This document shows positions 12,107 to 23,477 of a stretch of DNA of 64,000 nt, one piece after another. The notes beneath the pieces are model-generated. The model worked only from the letters and a program-made list of their open reading frames with translations. It was not told the DNA's origin and ran no database searches. Made by a program: the position numbers and the translations under genes. Origin of the DNA: Paraspadella gotoi (Eukaryota; Animalia; Chaetognatha); NCBI GenBank assembly GCA_051294375.1, contig JBJCIZ010000028.1:1749479-1813478 (forward strand). Direction: 5' to 3'. Position 1 is the first letter of the stretch; the number at the start of each line of letters is the position of its first letter.

Positions 12107-13206
12107 ATGAATCGATTCTCCTCACTGCTCCAAGTTCTATTCTCGTCGATCGCAGATGTCGCTACAGACTTTAAAAACTTACGACCTACTATTGTCAAAG
12201 AATTTCTAACGTGCCGACGAATCATCGGCGTCGCTAGGTGCACACACCGTCCTAGCTGCCCACGGCGCCCGTCTCTACCGTTCTAGTCCGGCGCGTTTGA
12301 CAAAAAAACGCGCCGCTTTATCCGCGTCTCTGGAAACGGCGCCTGGCGCCAAATTCTACCCTGAGCTTCTGCCTCCTTGGATTAGGAACGTTCTCTTGGT
12401 CATCGATCTTCACTATTCTGCGGAACAATTCTGCGAACAATCTGCGAACATATTCAAGGCCAAGACGATCTTCGTCAACTGCCTCAATTTTTCATCTTCT
12501 CCTTGGAAACTTTTCCGCAAATCCTTGCTTCAGTCAGCAGCCTTCGTCGTGGCTGTCCAGCGGAACGGACGAACAATGTCTGTACGTCTATAGAGGGCGT
12601 CCCAAAGGGTTCAACCTTTTCGAATTGCATCGGAACGGTTCCATGATCAGATCCGAAAGCGTTTGCTCCTGTCATTGGGGTTTTTCGCGCGACAACCAAA
12701 TCTGGGCTCACATCTGCTCTTGGGACATGAAGGATTACAACAATATAATCTCTTTTGGATTTTCAACGCTGAGCTTGGCCATTTTCGCTGTCAAGAATCG
12801 TGGCACTATGGAATCGCTGGCCGGAGTTTTGGGCATTGCCAGCGGCGTTGTCGGGATCGTCTTTAATCTCTATATTATTTACGTTTGGTCCTTCAGGATT
12901 TCTCTCTGGATGGTTTTTCTCACGCCCCTGGCTCTGCTGAGAGTCTTCGCCGTTTTGGAGCTGAGGGACCGGTGCAAGCGTTTCAGTCTGGTTGGTCCAC
13001 GGGGTACACAAACAAAGGAATCACCTTCTCAATATTTGTTCATGATATCTTGGACTCTGATTGTTGCATCAGTTTTTTTTGCAATGGATAAAAGAATTGT
13101 CATTGACTATCATCTTTCCATCAATAACAAGAGAGGTATAATTTTTAGTTTGGAGCGTGTTATAAACAAATATGTTAATCGAAACTTAAGCAAAGTTCGA
13201 ATTTAG
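12107..13206 (+). CDS. Intronless orphan protein with ~4 C-terminal hydrophobic segments (frameshifted as assembled)
   Basis: ATG 12107 and consecutive ORFs 12297-12593 and 12625-13206 across a GC-richer island; TM-like stretches LAGVLGIASGVVGIVFNLYIIYVW, ISLWMVFLTPLALL, YLFMISWTLIVASVFFAM. Confidence 0.5.
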
Positions 13207-13784
13207 TTAATCGAAACAAATAAAAACCAATTTGCTCTTAGAGAACAAAACATATTCTTAATTTAATGACAAAGTTATGAAACATAACATTTTTTTTAAA
13301 TTTAAACACTGGTTCTGTCACACTTAGACAAGCCTGGCCATTGGGGGATTAAATTTATTATACCCAGTTGCAAGTATGTATCTAGCCCTGATCATTGTGA
13401 TCGATCCTGATCAAAGAGCAACAAAGCTGTATGGAAATTTTATTGATGTGGATTTAGGTAATACGGAAATGCTTTCTTCCCAGGGGCCATGGTTCTCAGT
13501 TCTGAGGAGATGTTTTTCTAATGCATATTGTTGAATGTTGATCTATCGAGAACCGGAACTTCAAATGGGATGACTTGAAACCTTGTCAGCTATGGAGATG
13601 ATGCTGAATGAGAACAGTTAAGTGGCGAACTTAAGTCGTACCAAATCCAAGACATTATTTACAAAACTTTATTGTAAAAAAAAAAATAATCCCTAAAATT
13701 ACCGATTAAAGCTTTAATCCATGCGGTAAAAAAAAAAAACACGCTCCAAAGCAAAAAAATTCTCACTTTCTTTAAATCAAAGCT

Positions 13785-15062
13785 ATGTTCAACGAGGCCG
13801 AGTCACTTTTCAAAAGGCCACAGCTGGCCTTTTTTGATGTTGGGCGTTTCATCTCAATACGAAACGCCTGTTTCATCACAAGAGGCTTCACGGACAATCA
13901 CAGATGGGAAGAGATGATCCCGAAAGACTTGAGTCTGCCTTGCAACGAGTACAAAAAGATCAGGCCAGGGACCAAATTATCCAAAGGGCGACTCCTCTTC
14001 CTCGGAAATTATCGTTATTTCGAGCCTCGTCACTCGATCGTTCTTATGTTCCTTCTCATCGACTTCTGTTTGGGACTCGCCCACGTGGTGGCTCATTTGC
14101 TGCAGAATCGCCAATTCAAAATGATAATTAAATTCGTCATTGGCAGTTCGATGATGATCGGGGTTCTCGGATTGAATTTTGCCGCCACCGTTGACCACGA
14201 CGGCATTGTTCATCCAAGCAGTTTCTTGGGATGCAAAAAAACTAGGACTTGTCTATCGAATATCGATTATAAACAAATTTTGTTCGCCAAGGAGAGAGCG
14301 TATCAAAGCTTTTCGCTCTTGGCCGATTCGACAACTAGATTTCTGTCCTATTTTTTTCTTTTATTCTCTCTGGAAGGATTCAAAAGTCGACCCTTCAGTG
14401 ACTCTACCATCAAACGTGCCTTGGCGATGATTGGCCTCGTTGCCTCAGCGCCTCCTCTGGCCAGAGTCATCTCGGACATCTCCGTCGATTCGCGAGCGAC
14501 CGTGATCGCCATCCTTTCGTCCCGTCGCTACGAGAAGCCTTTCTTGAAGAGACACTTGCAATACTTTGAGAATCGACTTCTGTCGCTGTTTACGAACGAC
14601 GAACTCTCACCGCTTATGGTATCCCTTACGCCGATAGTCGTGTGGGCTTCTCTATTTTCATCCAAATTAAGTATCAACAAATATGGACGACTCGCGATCA
14701 AAATTATTTTCGCCATCATAATTTTAATTTCGTATTTTTGTATTTTTTACATTTTCAAAATGAGTCGCGAGTCAAGTCAGAGTCTTTACCCAGAGTTCTT
14801 CAAATTCTACCGCCACTATAGCAGACATGCCCCGTACTTGCTCACTACAAACGTTCCCGCTGAGACGGCCATTTTGTTTTACCCTACAAAAATTATGGCG
14901 ATTTTGAAACGTGAAAAAAATATTAAAAATATCAAGGAAAGAGTTGGATTGTTTTTTGAAAATTATACCCGAGGCATAGACGCCCATCGGTATAATGATT
15001 ACAACGCAATCGGTTGGGTTTTATTCTCTTTTCCCATCGCGTGCATCTTTTTGATTGGATGA
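13785..15062 (+). CDS. Intronless 425-aa orphan multi-pass membrane protein
   Basis: Long uninterrupted non-repetitive ORF in AT-rich DNA, ~6-7 hydrophobic segments, no family motif recognised. Confidence 0.72.
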   Translation: MFNEAESLFKRPQLAFFDVGRFISIRNACFITRGFTDNHRWEEMIPKDLSLPCNEYKKIRPGTKLSKGRLLFLGNYRYFEPRHSIVLMFLLIDFCLGLAHVVAHLLQNRQFKMIIKFVIGSSMMIGVLGLNFAATVDHDGIVHPSSFLGCKKTRTCLSNIDYKQILFAKERAYQSFSLLADSTTRFLSYFFLLFSLEGFKSRPFSDSTIKRALAMIGLVASAPPLARVISDISVDSRATVIAILSSRRYEKPFLKRHLQYFENRLLSLFTNDELSPLMVSLTPIVVWASLFSSKLSINKYGRLAIKIIFAIIILISYFCIFYIFKMSRESSQSLYPEFFKFYRHYSRHAPYLLTTNVPAETAILFYPTKIMAILKREKNIKNIKERVGLFFENYTRGIDAHRYNDYNAIGWVLFSFPIACIFLIG

Positions 15063-15191
15063 TTTAGCGAAGGTCTGATTGGCTGCTTTACTGGAATTCT
15101 GATTGGCTGATTTAGCGGAGGTTTGATTGGCTGCTTTACTTGGTTTATTACCTATTTTTATTCAATCGATAAGCTATATTTCTGATTGGCC
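15052..15191. repeat. ~24-bp tandem repeat built on TGATTGGCTG
   Basis: Five GATTGG-containing units directly after the stop codon. Confidence 0.7.
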
Positions 15192-15610
15192 AAAAAAAGA
15201 CAGTTTTTTTCGATTAGCTATGTAAAGAGAAGTTTCTCGAAAAAATATTAAATAATTTTTTTGCCAGACTAATTCTTCTCAAATACGATTTACAATATGC
15301 CAATGTATTTTTTTTCCGTAGCATAAACTGAACAATATAAATTATTAAAATTGCAATAAGTTTTGATGTCTTATGGCCACTGGCCATTGGCCAGGGATAT
15401 GAACCTTTTTTAAGATCATTTAAGTAAGAAGACAGGGATCCGTAACTCGGGCATCTTTCTCAGCCTGATGGAAGCCCGGCTGATCATTGGCCGGTTCCAT
15501 TTGTCGTTTGACCAATGAGAGAGTCTCCTATCCATTTCCGGTACGAGGACGTAGCATCCCCGATTGAAATCTATCCTCGGTTTCGGTTTTATCAACAAAG
15601 GAACAAACGT

Positions 15611-16163
15611 TGTCCCATCCCCATTTCATTCTCTATCATAAAAAATACAAGCGTTGACCCATCCCCATTTCATTCTCTATCATAAAAAATACAATTCTTT
15701 TCTTTAAATATAAAAAATAAATATAAAATAATTTGTATATATAATAATTAACATATCTTATATATATGTTATATATATTTTTTATATATATATATATATT
15801 ATATATATATTATTTATTTATATATATTTATTATGTATATATATTTATTATGTTTAAAGTTTAAGGTTTAAGGCCTCCATCACTCTTACAAGATAATGAT
15901 TTAGCTGGTCTCCGCAAGCTTTTATTAAGTTTATTAAGTTTATTTTATTAAGTTTATTAAGTTTTAATCAAGACTTTTTTCACTCAGTCACGATTTAAAT
16001 CTTTGTGACGAGGGATTCGGCCCGGGCAGGTGATTCCTGCTAGCTCACGTGACCATTGAAATCAGGTTCGATTGGTTCGTTAGTTTTCTAGATCCAGGTC
16101 GCTGATTGGTTTAAAAAAACGGGATACCGAAAGAGGGCGCTTTAGTAAATCGGGGATGGGACA
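15611..16163. mobile_element. Possible MITE with ~16-bp terminal inverted repeats
   Basis: TGTCCCATCCCCATTT (15611) vs AAATCGGGGATGGGACA (16147-16163); 43-bp tandem duplication at left end; no clear TSD. Confidence 0.4.
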
Positions 16164-16838
16164 TCCCTCCCTCCCTCTCGGATTTCTCTGCGATGAGATA
16201 AGAATTTACTAAGTTTTCTGTGATTTCTTAGAAATGCATCGACGCATCGGATTTCTGAGAGCTGGTTTTTACAGATTTTCTTTATTGTAATTTAATTCTC
16301 ATTAATTTCGTATTTAGTAATTTTAATTTTTCAACAATTTAATGTTTAGTTCCTACGAATTTGAAAACATTAATATTTTTTATATTTTTTGGGCTCAATT
16401 TTAAAACATTAATATCTTACGGTTTCAAAAAAAAACAAAAAAACTATCATTGACTTTCAATATTAAATTTGATTACGATTTCAAACTTTCAGTTGACTCA
16501 TCGCTCTGCAGGTTTTGAAAAAAAATCAATCTTTAAATCTAATTCGTCCTTTCATTTTCCGTTTCGGATAAAATTTTTGGGTATGTATTATTGTGCTATT
16601 TTTGATTGACATGCAAACTTGTTAAGAAATTTATGAACGAAAACTTTAAAAAAATCATGTTTAATTTTATGTCGTATTTCAACCCAAAATCATAAATCCA
16701 CCAACATCACTAGAGTATATATATATATATATATATATAAAAACGATACGTAAAACGATTTGAGACGGAAAGCTAATAATTTTTTGGGAAATTAAGTACC
16801 ACTAATTGGGTAAGTACAATCCGCAGCTCCTTACGAAG

Positions 16839-19800
16839 ATGACTCACTGCAATGTTTGGGACAGTGAGAAAAAGGGAGTCGCTTGCGAGGATTGCGGCAA
16901 AACGTCGCACGCTAAAGAGAAGAGTCGGAGACGAAGCATTCTCGCGGGCCACGCTTGTGTGGGTTCTAGCGGAGGTAATTGATTGCACAAGATATCAAAA
17001 GCTTGTAAGCAAAGCACCAACCGAGACTATTAGCCTTTTGGGGCCTCATTTTCCCAGAACGACCCTGATTCGGAATTAGGTTAAATTTTGAATTAAAAAT
17101 TAAGCTAGGTTAAATAAGGTTAGGGTTAACTTGGTGATTTAAGGTTAGGGACTTGGGTTAAAGACTAATGTTTAAGGTTTGAGGTTAGGATTAGAAATAA
17201 GGGATAAGGGTTTGGAGTTAGAGTTTAGGATTAAGTTAGGGATTAGGTTTAGGGTTTNNNNNNNNNNNNNNNNNNNNNNNNNTTTTGGGCTATGTATTAT
17301 TGTGCTATTTTTCGGATTGACATGCAAACTTGTTAAAGAAAGTTTATTGAACGAAAACTTTTAAAAAAATCATGTTTATATTTATGCGTATTTCAACCAA
17401 AATCTATAAAATCCACCAACATTCACTAGAGATTATATATATATATTATATTAAACGATACGTAAAACGATTTGAGAGCGAAAGCTGAATATATTTTTGC
17501 GGAAATTAGAGTACCACTAAATTGGGGTAAGTACAATCCGCAGTTCTCCTTACGAAGATGACTCACTGGCCCAATGTTTGGGACAGTGGAGAAAAAGGAG
17601 TCGCTTTGGCATGCGAGGATTGCGCAAAATCGTCGCACGCTAAAGATGAAGAGTCGGAGACGAAGCATTTTCGCTGGGCCACGCCTTTAGATAGATTGTG
17701 CGTTCTAGCGGATGGTAATTGATTGCCACAGATATCAAAAGCTTGTAATGCGCAAAGCACCAACCTGAGACTATTAGCCCTTTTGGGGCCTCATTTTTCC
17801 CAGAAACGACCACTGCATTCGGAATTAGGTTAAATTTTGAATTAAAATTAAAGCTAGTTTAAATAAGGTTAGCGGTTAATTGGGATTAAGGGTTAGGGAC
17901 TTGGTTGTTTAAAGCTAATGTTTTAAGGTTTGAGTCGTTAGGGTTTAGAAATAAGGGATAAGGGTTTGGAGTTAGAGTTTAGGATTAAGTTAGGGATTAG
18001 GGTTTTAGGGTTATATAAGTTTAAAAATATATAGGTTAATATTAAAATTCTAGAATAAATGAACAAAAATTAAGCCTTATTTTCCCAAAACGCCCCATTT
18101 CATCTTATTTTCGCAGAATGCCCCATTTTTTCTTATTTTCCCAGAACACCTTATTTTATTTTATTTTCTCAGAACGCCCCATTTTATCTTATTTTGCGCG
18201 CAGAATTGGCCGCGCATTATATCTCATTTTCTCAGAACGCCCTACATCATACTCCAAATCAAATTAACAAAGAACTGACTGTATAAACGCCAGTAGAAAA
18301 AGACTACTCCCTTAAGGGACCCAGTGATAAAAATGATATCAATAAGCTTAATGGTCTATCATCAAAAGGAATTGTGAATGGTAATAGTCAGTTATTTGTT
18401 TTTTTAGGCTTGGAAGTAGCGCGAAATTTTATTTATCTGGTATTTGTAGAGAAATTAAAAATTTAATAATTATGAAAAAACAATTTAGTTGATCCTACCT
18501 AAATATTTTTATGATCCGTTATTTTATTTTTGTATTAAAAAATATTTTTTACTAATTTCCAAATTTTTATTTTTTACTGTACAAAGCTACAATTTTAGGT
18601 TTAAGCCTTATTGAACAAAGGCTTTACAAGGCTAATATTTTTTATTTTTATATTCACATAAAAGCAGAAAAATTGAACCTAAATTCTATTCTTACAGAAA
18701 CAAAACTGTAATAACTATTAATTAATATTTATATTCATCCCTTAAATGTATTATTAAACTATATTGATTCCTAATTATAACAATTAAGAATTGAGCAAAA
18801 GTACAGAACCTTTTTCTCTTTTTTATATTTATATTACTTTAAAGGGTTTTATTTTTAATCAATTAACAGAATCATTTGAGAAGAAAGTTTAAACAAAATC
18901 AGTCGATACCTTAAATTTTGATTCATTCCTGGTTTTTTTTTGTATAAATTTTTGTGATAAAAACTGAAAATCTTTTTAAAATTAGATCTTACCCTTTTTT
19001 AAAAAAAAATTTAAATTTTAAAAAAGATTTTCTTCTTACCAATTTTTTAAAGAAAATTAAGCTAGCTGATTATATCAAATTTTTTAACTACTTTCCCAAA
19101 TGATTATAAAAAAAAGAAACATTATGCTTTCAGCTTTTTACCCTCTCGGGTCACTTGGTCCCCTTAAGGGAACCCAGTGATCGAGGGGGGTCAGGGGGGG
19201 TAAAAGGCTGACATAACGTTTGGCCCTTCAAACTCCCCCGATTCCAAAAATGTAATTCTTTCTTCTCTAGTCCAAAGTAAAAGTGGTCAAAAAATTTGAT
19301 GTTGTCAGCTCGCCTATTTTTGTTTAAAAATTTGGTAAGGGGCAAATCTTTTCCAAGTTTCGATTTTTTTTTCATGTAAAGATGGTATAGAATTTTTTTT
19401 TTTGTTTCCAACTTTACACTAAAAATTAATTATTGAAATCCGACAATGACGACAACGAACATAACAAAAAAGACGAAAAAGACAAAACCCAATAGAATAG
19501 AGATGAGGAAAACGACAGCGAAGACGAAAAAATGCATAACAAAACAAAAACAACAACAAAACGTCGACGAAAATGATTACAAAGACGACAACAACAACAA
19601 AAACGATGATGAAAGCAACAACAGACGATGACAACAAGGACGAAGATGACAACAATAACAACAACGACAAAGACGACAAAAAAAACATCAAAGACGACGA
19701 CAACAATAACGATGACAAAAACGAAAACGCCGAAAAGGACAACGAAGAAGACGATAACGACGACGACGACAACGAAAACGACGACCAAGACGATGACGAA

Positions 19801-21973
19801 ATCGACAGCAAAGACGACGACGACGACAATGACGAAGAAGACGACAAAAACGAAGGCGAAAACAATGACGAAACCGAAGGCGAAGACCATTACAAAAAAA
19901 TATGACGAAGTAAAAGACAACAAAGAGTATGGCAGCAAAAAAGAGAGAGAGAAAGAAAGAAAGAGAAAGAAAGAGAAACTCAGAAAGAAAGATTTTCAAA
20001 TTTAAGCAAGCAGCGGGGATTTAGTTGACTGTTGATTTGTTCACTCTCTCTCTCTCTCTCTTTCTCTCTCGCTCTTTCTCTCCAATGTCAAAAGATTCCA
20101 AAAGTACAGATTAATAAGTTAATCATTGACATTTTGATTGTGATTATGACAATTAAAACGACAAAACAATGACAAAAAATATGGCGAATATGACGAAAAA
20201 AAAGTTAGAGGAAAACGACGACGAAGAGGAAGACAAAACCGACGACGAAAAATACAAAGAAGACGAAAATGACGACGAAAAGAAAGACAAAACCGACAAC
20301 GAAAAAGACAAAGAAGACGAAAACGACAACAAAGAGGAAGACAAAACCGACAACGAAAAAGACAAGAAGACGAAAACGACGATGAAGAGGAAGACAAAAC
20401 CGACGACGAAAAAGACAAGACAAAAACGACGGCGAAGACGACGAAAAAGATGAAACCAAAAACGACGAAGATGAAAACGATGGTGAAGATGACGGCAAAG
20501 ACGAACTCATAAACACTGTCAATGATTTTTTATTATAAATTTATTGACATAGTGGTAATAATCTTTCTTTTTCGTTGTTATGTGTATGAAAGGCAATTTG
20601 GTTTCCTCACCACTTGACCACTATTCTTTCTCAACTCTGTGATGGAAACTTTGCCCTATCTCTCTCTCTCTCTCTCCCTACCTTCTTTCACATAAAAAAC
20701 TATCTAACAATTCACAAATTATTTGACGCTGATGAAGGCTTGCATTCAAAGCCGAAACATGTATTTTTCTTTGAAATAAAAACTCGTTGTAAACTGAAAC
20801 CAAATTGCCTATAAATTTATTATAACGAGTGAGATAGAGATGAGAGAGAAAGAAAAACATAAAATTATGATAAAATTAACATGCCATTTCAATTTTATTA
20901 TCAATTCAATTTTGAAATATATCCCTGCAGACGTATTTTGCTGGTCGACTTTTAGGAATGATTCCAACAAAGACGAAGACGACTACGAACTTTTTGTACT
21001 CTGTACACTTAGTGCCGTAGTACTGTAGTGGTTTTTCTGTTTGAATAATTGATTAAGAATTAAATGTTATTTACTCACTGTTTACTAACTTTACAATTGC
21101 ATTTCAGTGTTAAAAACGGCATATTATAGTTGAAATTTGTCCAGTCTTTTCTGTACGATGTTGAGTTCATCACTTTCCATCTGGGCCACTTCGTAAACTG
21201 ATTATTTTTTTTTCTTAAAAACTTTAAAAAATTTAAAAAAATTAGGAATGGATAAAAATTTAAGGTATGAAAAAATTTTAATTCAAATTTTTTTTAAAGT
21301 CAAATCATTAATTGGATCAAAGTATAACTTCTAACATTAGTACAAGTATAAGAGAAGTATAAGGGAAGCGCTCTTTATCTCTCCTAAAATTTAATCTGTT
21401 GTGAACAAGAGTCAAACGAAACCGGAAAGATATTTTAAAGGTCATGACAAATGTTTACCAAATTAAATAACATCTTTATTCGCATTTTAAGAGGGATTTG
21501 TTTTTTTTCTGTACTTTCCTGTGCGTACCACCATTAAAATTCCTTTATTAAGGCCCAGACGCAAGAATTCAGCTTTCTGCATTAAAAAATAAAAATTCGA
21601 AATTCATGGAAAAATGAAAAGAGAATGGAGGGTATCAGTATTTAGGGGAGATCAATTAAAAACTTTTCCAATAAATATCTCGTCCTTGTTCGCATTGCAA
21701 CAACGAGACGGGAATTTTTTCTCCACTTTCCCGCGCGAAGAAAAATTAATAACTATCACCATTCAAATTCCTTTAATGATAGACCCTTAAGCTTATGATA
21801 TCATTTTTATCACTGGGTCCCCTTAAGCTTGAGCAATATTTAATCGATAATTTTTTTTCTAAGCAGTTGAAAGAACCGTCAAGTGCTACATGACCGATTG
21901 CAATGAGGAATTCAAAATAATCTGTCCACCTCGTGAAAGGGAATCAATGTACGCCTGCAGTAAATGCAGGTGA
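16839..21973 (+). CDS. Small (~81 aa) two-exon double zinc-finger protein; exons 16839-16974 and 21864-21973
   Basis: MTHCNVWDSEKKGVACEDCGKTSHAKEKSRRRSILAGHACVGSSG|AVERTVKCYMTDCNEEFKIICPPRERESMYACSKCR*; phase-1 GT-AG intron; same intron position and stop position in the paralog at 27.7-28.4 kb. Confidence 0.68.
18316..19163. mobile_element. Non-autonomous Kolobok-like DNA transposon
   Basis: TTAA|GGGACCCAGTGA ... TCACTTGGTCCCC|TTAA; TTAA target with purine-purine terminus. Confidence 0.75.
19440..20515. repeat. Low-complexity GAC/GAA/AAC triplet-rich tracts
   Basis: Degenerate trinucleotide repeats giving overlapping ORFs in several frames. Confidence 0.85.
20729..20762 (+). ncRNA. Minimal hammerhead ribozyme-like motif (Penelope-type)
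   Basis: CTGATGA-AGGCTTGCATTCAAAGCC-GAAAC-ATGTA; flanks resemble the 9.6-kb copy; stem I not evident. Confidence 0.55.
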
Positions 21974-22199
21974 TCGTTTTAAGATGTGGCGACTTAAAGG
22001 GTAAAAAAGAAAAAAAAATGGTTTGTTAAGCTAAAAAAAGTAAGATATTTTTCGTTGTATTTAGTTGCGTCATAATTGAAGATAATATAGCAAAATACTG
22101 GTTGTCTGTAATGCTCATCTCTTGTTCGGGCCTTTGGACCTTCCGTGGCGACCCCTGCCACCTGCTCCGTTATATTGAAAGCATTAGGCTTTGCCAACC

Positions 22200-22585
22200 C
22201 AGCAGGATAGGATAGGATAGGATAGGAATTAAGCCAAGGAATATAGTTAGAGATTAGGTTAGTGTTTAAGGTTTAAGGTTTAAGGTTAGGTCTTGGATTA
22301 TTAGTTTGAGATTATGATAGGGATTAGGCTAAGGAATAGAGTTAGAGATGAGGTTAGTGATTAAGGTTTAGGTTTTAGATTATCAGTTTGAGATTAGGAT
22401 AGGGATTAGGCCAAGGAATAGAGTTAGAGATGAGGTTAGTGATTAAGGTTTAGGGTTAGGTCTTAGATTATTAGTTTGAAATTAGGATAGGGATTAGGCC
22501 AAGAAATAAAGTTAGAGATTAGGTTAGTGATTGAGGATATATGGTAAGGTTTTGGGTTATTATTTTGGTAATAGATTAGGGTTAA
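22200..22585. repeat. Telomere-like ~90-bp higher-order repeat (also 23221-23415)
   Basis: Repeated AGGAATAGAGTTAGAGATGAGGTTAGTGATTAAGGTTTAGGGTTAGG units. Confidence 0.8.
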
Positions 22586-22658
22586 ATAAAAAAAATAAAA
22601 TAAGACACTTTTGGAAAAAAGAGCCGAACTATACATCGTAATTCCATTCCCTTCTAAA

Positions 22659-23171
22659 ATGACTGCCTCCCCAAACAGAAATCACCAAGGACAGTCCGTC
22701 TTCCGTCTGCAACTACGTCGACTTGACTCGAAGCACCACGAGGAAACTTTTCACAACGATTTCCGTCAACGCGCCGCAGCCCTTCTCGATATAGCTCCAC
22801 AAAAAGGACGGGACCCGCTCAGTATCGTCCGCGACGCCGTCGCAGCTTACAAAAATGCCTCTCGGGACGACGTCGTGAAAGAGATCCTACTCCGCTCTCT
22901 CCCCAAACACGTTGAGGATTCGATTGCACCGAGAGCAGAAGATTCCACACCACAACAGTTGGCAAAAGCAGCCTCAGCCTATTTTCGCTCAGATGGAAGA
23001 TTAATCCCAATTGTCAAGACCGAGCAACTCAATGTGTCACCTTTTTGTAGGTCAGTCTGTATGTCTGTCCGTCGGTCTATCTCACACTTTAAAAATACTC
23101 AGAACTTGAGTAAAGAGAGAATTCTCACTCTGACGCCACCAGGGCTGATGGACTCAGACGGGTGGCGATAG
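22659..23171 (+). CDS. Chimeric ORF containing a Ty3/gypsy Gag capsid C-terminal-like domain
   Basis: RQRAAALLDIAPQKGRDPLSIVRD..EILLRSLPKHV..PQQLAKAASAYF; N-terminus shared with the 23478 ORF, body shared with 27253-27560. Confidence 0.6.
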   Translation: MTASPNRNHQGQSVFRLQLRRLDSKHHEETFHNDFRQRAAALLDIAPQKGRDPLSIVRDAVAAYKNASRDDVVKEILLRSLPKHVEDSIAPRAEDSTPQQLAKAASAYFRSDGRLIPIVKTEQLNVSPFCRSVCMSVRRSISHFKNTQNLSKERILTLTPPGLMDSDGWR

Positions 23172-23477
23172 TGAATGTGTTGCCACACCATCTTGCCTCC
23201 TACTTCGGACAGGCTACCCCTAGAGATGAGATTAGTGATTAAGGTTTAGGGTTAGGTCTTAGATTATTAGTTTGAAATTAGGATAGGGATTAGGCCAAGA
23301 AATAGTTAGAGATTAGGTTAGTGATTGAGGTTTAGGGTTAGGGGTAAAAATTAGATTAAAGATTAGGCTATATGGTAAGGTTTTGGGTTATTATTTTGGT
23401 AATAGATTAGGGTTAAAAAAAAAACGCTTTTGGAAAAAAAAGCCGAACTACACGTTGTAATTCCTTTCCCTTCTACA

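Larger units (their letters stand above)
19168..21822. mobile_element. Second Kolobok-like element, inverted relative to the first
   Basis: TTAA|GGGAACCCAGTGA ... TCACTGGGTCCCC|TTAA; its last ~75 bp are the reverse complement of 18316-18390. Confidence 0.75.

Noticed and set aside
17283-18010. Tandem duplication of 16580-17257 as an extra gene copy
   Set aside because: Indel-riddled copy abutting an N gap; likely unmerged overlap
19419-20522. D/E/K-rich and poly-Ser ORFs
   Set aside because: Overlapping frames on both strands from triplet repeats inside a transposon
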